Position numbers and translations under genes: made by a program. Shown piece by piece: positions 26,347-28,665 of a stretch of DNA of 28,665 bases (position 1 is its first letter; every line of letters starts with the position of its first letter). A model generated the notes under the pieces. That model was not told where the DNA came from. It searched no databases and worked only from the letters and a program-made list of their open reading frames with translations. The DNA lies in IMG/VR virus record IMGVR_UViG_2740892282_000008. One strand, given 5' to 3'. This DNA comes from a virus (Duplodnaviria > Heunggongvirae > Uroviricota > Caudoviricetes).

Positions 26347-26681
26347 TACACCGCCCGGGAGAAAACGAAGATGCCCCGGTTACCCACGTCTATGCTGTCG
26401 CAAGACTGAAAGACGGAGGTACTCAGTTTGAAGTTATGACGCGCAAACAGATTGAGCTGGTGCGCAGCCTGAGTAAAGCTGGTAATAACGGGCCGTGGGT
26501 AACTCACTGGGAAGAAATGGCAAAGAAAACGGCTATTCGTCGCCTGTTCAAATATTTGCCCGTATCAATTGAGATCCAGCGTGCAGTATCAATGGATGAA
26601 AAGGAACCACTGACAATCGATCCTGCAGATTCCTCTGTATTAACCGGGGAATACAGTGTAATCGATAATTCAGAGGAATAA
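26313..26681 (+). pseudogene. recT: recT 3' remnant (about the last 120 codons, no native start)
   Basis: Reading frame encodes [72 protein letters not shown]...VIDNSEE, matching my recollection of the RecT C-terminus; joined directly to the truncated recE. Confidence 0.8.
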
Positions 26682-26737
26682 TTCAGCCTGGCGGTGTAAT
26701 GCACCGCCAACTTGAAATATTTTTTATGAGAAAAATT

Positions 26738-26932
26738 ATGAGATATGACAATGTTAAACCATGTCCATTTTGTGGTTGTCCATCAGTAACGGTGAAAGCC
26801 ATTTCAGGATATTACCGAGCGAAGTGTAACGGATGTGAATCCCGAACCGGTTATGGTGGAAGTGAAAAAGAAGCACTCGAAAGATGGAATAAACGAACCA
26901 CTGGAAATAATAATGGAGGTGTTCATGTATAA
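26738..26932 (+). CDS. ralR: Restriction alleviation protein / type I toxin RalR (Lar, 64 aa)
   Basis: MRYDNVKPCPFCGCPSVTVKAISGYYRAKCNGCESRTGYGGSEKEALERWNKRTTGNNNGGVHV matches my recollection of Rac RalR. Confidence 0.8.
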   Translation: MRYDNVKPCPFCGCPSVTVKAISGYYRAKCNGCESRTGYGGSEKEALERWNKRTTGNNNGGVHV

Positions 26933-27134
26933 AATTACCGCCACTATTGAAAAGGAAGGTGGCACTCCTACTAACTGGACAAGATATTCAAAATCTAAAC
27001 TAACGAAATCAGAATGCGAAAAAATGCTCTCAGGTAAAAAAGAAGCAGGCGTTTCCAGAGAGCAGAAAGTAAAACTGATAAATTTTAATTGCGAGAAACT
27101 TCAGTCCTCGAGAATTGCATTGTATTCAAATTAA
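26925..27134 (+). CDS. ydaC: YdaC (69 aa)
   Basis: ATG with GGAGGTG RBS, overlapping the ralR stop by 8 nt; MYKITATIEKEGGTPTNWTRYSKSKLTKSECEKMLSGKK... Confidence 0.75.
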   Translation: MYKITATIEKEGGTPTNWTRYSKSKLTKSECEKMLSGKKEAGVSREQKVKLINFNCEKLQSSRIALYSN

Positions 27135-27212
27135 AACTTCATAGCTGATTATTAATAATCAACATCGGGCGTCAATTTCAGTCTAACATTGGCGCCTGCC
27201 AGAGGTGATGCG

Positions 27213-27428
27213 ATGGCACAAGTAATCTTTAATGAAGAGTGGATGGTTGAATACGGCCTGATGCTTCGCACTGGTCTGGGGGCCAGACAAATTGAAGCAT
27301 ACCGCCAGAACTGTTGGGTGGAGGGCTTCCACTTCAAACGAGTATCTCCTTTAGGTAAGCCAGACAGCAAACGAGGGATTATCTGGTACAACTATCCAAA
27401 GATAAATCAGTTTATCAAAGACTCATGA
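27213..27428 (+). CDS. xisR: Excisionase-like protein (YdaQ/XisR-like, 71 aa)
   Basis: ATG with GAGGTGA RBS, immediately upstream of the integrase (2-nt gap); small basic protein in the canonical xis position. Confidence 0.65.
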   Translation: MAQVIFNEEWMVEYGLMLRTGLGARQIEAYRQNCWVEGFHFKRVSPLGKPDSKRGIIWYNYPKINQFIKDS

Positions 27429-27429
27429 T

Positions 27430-28665
27430 ATGTCTAAATTACCAACAGGTGTCGAGATTAGAGGTAGATACATTCGCATCTGGTTCATGTTTCGAGGAAA
27501 ACGATGTCGGGAAACATTAAAAGGCTGGGAGATTACAAACAGTAATATTAAAAAGGCCGGAAATTTAAGAGCGCTGATAGTTCATGAAATAAACTCCGGT
27601 GAATTTGAGTATTTAAGACGTTTTCCCCAGTCCAGCACTGGGGCAAAAATGGTGACAACGAGAGTCATAAAAACGTTCGGAGAGCTTTGTGATATCTGGA
27701 CAAAAATTAAAGAGACAGAGTTAACAACAAACACAATGAAGAAAACGAAATCACAATTAAAAACACTCAGAATAATAATTTGTGAAAGTACCCCGATATC
27801 ACATATTCGTTATAGCGATATCTTAAACTACCGGAATGAACTGCTGCATGGAGAAACGCTTTACCTGGATAATCCAAGATCCAACAAAAAAGGAAGAACC
27901 GTGCGCACAGTTGATAACTATATCGCCCTGCTCTGTTCGCTGTTGCGTTTTGCGTATCAGTCGGGATTTATATCAACCAAACCATTTGAAGGAGTAAAAA
28001 AATTACAGCGAAACAGAATAAAGCCTGATCCGTTATCTAAAACAGAATTCAATGCATTAATGGAAAGTGAAAAAGGACAGAGCCAGAACTTGTGGAAATT
28101 TGCCGTTTACTCAGGACTTCGTCACGGGGAACTGGCAGCTCTGGCGTGGGAGGATGTGGATCTCGAAAAGGGAATAGTGAATGTCAGAAGAAACCTGACG
28201 ATACTTGATATGTTCGGTCCCCCAAAAACAAATGCCGGGATCCGAACAGTAACACTACTGCAGCCTGCTCTTGAAGCACTGAAGGAGCAATACAAACTGA
28301 CCGGACATCATCGCAAAAGCGAAATCACCTTTTATCATCGGGAGTACGGCAGAACCGAAAAGCAAAAACTGCATTTTGTTTTCATGCCCAGGGTGTGTAA
28401 CGGAAAACAAAAACCTTATTACTCGGTAAGCAGTTTGGGGGCAAGGTGGAATGCAGCAGTAAAACGTGCTGGTATTCGCCGCCGTAATCCGTACCATACG
28501 CGGCATACTTTTGCCTGCTGGCTGTTGACGGCAGGAGCGAACCCGGCATTTATAGCCAGCCAAATGGGGCATGAAACTGCGCAGATGGTGTATGAAATTT
28601 ACGGTATGTGGATTGATGACATGAACGACGAACAGATAGCCATGTTGAATGCGCGGTTATCGTAG
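27430..28665 (+). CDS. intR: Tyrosine site-specific integrase (411 aa)
   Basis: C-terminal catalytic region with the conserved R...HxxR...Y pattern (YHTRHTFACWLLTAGANPAFIASQMGHE...MVYEIYG); length and position match Rac IntR; stop is the last codon of the window. Confidence 0.9.
   Translation: MSKLPTGVEIRGRYIRIWFMFRGKRCRETLKGWEITNSNIKKAGNLRALIVHEINSGEFEYLRRFPQSSTGAKMVTTRVIKTFGELCDIWTKIKETELTTNTMKKTKSQLKTLRIIICESTPISHIRYSDILNYRNELLHGETLYLDNPRSNKKGRTVRTVDNYIALLCSLLRFAYQSGFISTKPFEGVKKLQRNRIKPDPLSKTEFNALMESEKGQSQNLWKFAVYSGLRHGELAALAWEDVDLEKGIVNVRRNLTILDMFGPPKTNAGIRTVTLLQPALEALKEQYKLTGHHRKSEITFYHREYGRTEKQKLHFVFMPRVCNGKQKPYYSVSSLGARWNAAVKRAGIRRRNPYHTRHTFACWLLTAGANPAFIASQMGHETAQMVYEIYGMWIDDMNDEQIAMLNARLS

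Noticed and set aside
1-28665. CRISPR arrays, IS elements/transposases, rRNA genes
   Set aside because: No regularly spaced direct repeats of 25-40 bp, no transposase-like ORFs or terminal inverted repeats, and no rRNA-like sequence were seen anywhere in the window.

Overview
This window looks like a Rac-type lambdoid prophage of Escherichia/Shigella, lying inverted relative to the + strand and heavily remodelled. All calls are from reading the sequence and recalling protein families; no database search was run. From left to right: the 3' end of a chromosomal GGDEF diguanylate cyclase gene (1-393); a tail-fibre remnant (tfa plus a tail-fibre C-terminal ORF); an uncharacterised block including a translationally coupled ParB-like gene pair; the low-GC trkG potassium transporter; a phage-21-type lysis cassette (pinholin S, SAR endolysin R, Rz with embedded Rz1); a moron between the late terminator and S encoding two paralogous lipoproteins whose C-terminal domains resemble TolA domain III; a Q-position gene and nin-like genes; a hok/mok type I toxin locus with small hydrophobic ORFs nearby; a ~6.5 kb non-phage cargo island (MFS transporter, ChaC-like, LysR regulator, membrane protein, BetT-like BCCT transporter) punctuated by three copies of a 24-bp dyad element; the early-right replication block with phased CGTGAC repeats inside the initiator gene; the racR/cro-like immunity switch with a palindromic operator family; the early-left operon (ydaG, ydaF, kilR, ydaE, racC, a recE-recT deletion fusion, ralR, ydaC, xis) and the tyrosine integrase at the right edge. 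Virion structural genes are absent, so this is a defective prophage that retains lysis, immunity, toxin and cargo functions. The most interesting candidates are the TolA-III-like lipoprotein pair (possible Tol-dependent phage/colicin exclusion), the ParB-like two-gene module, and the dyad-delimited cargo island with an 11-G tract in the MFS gene.
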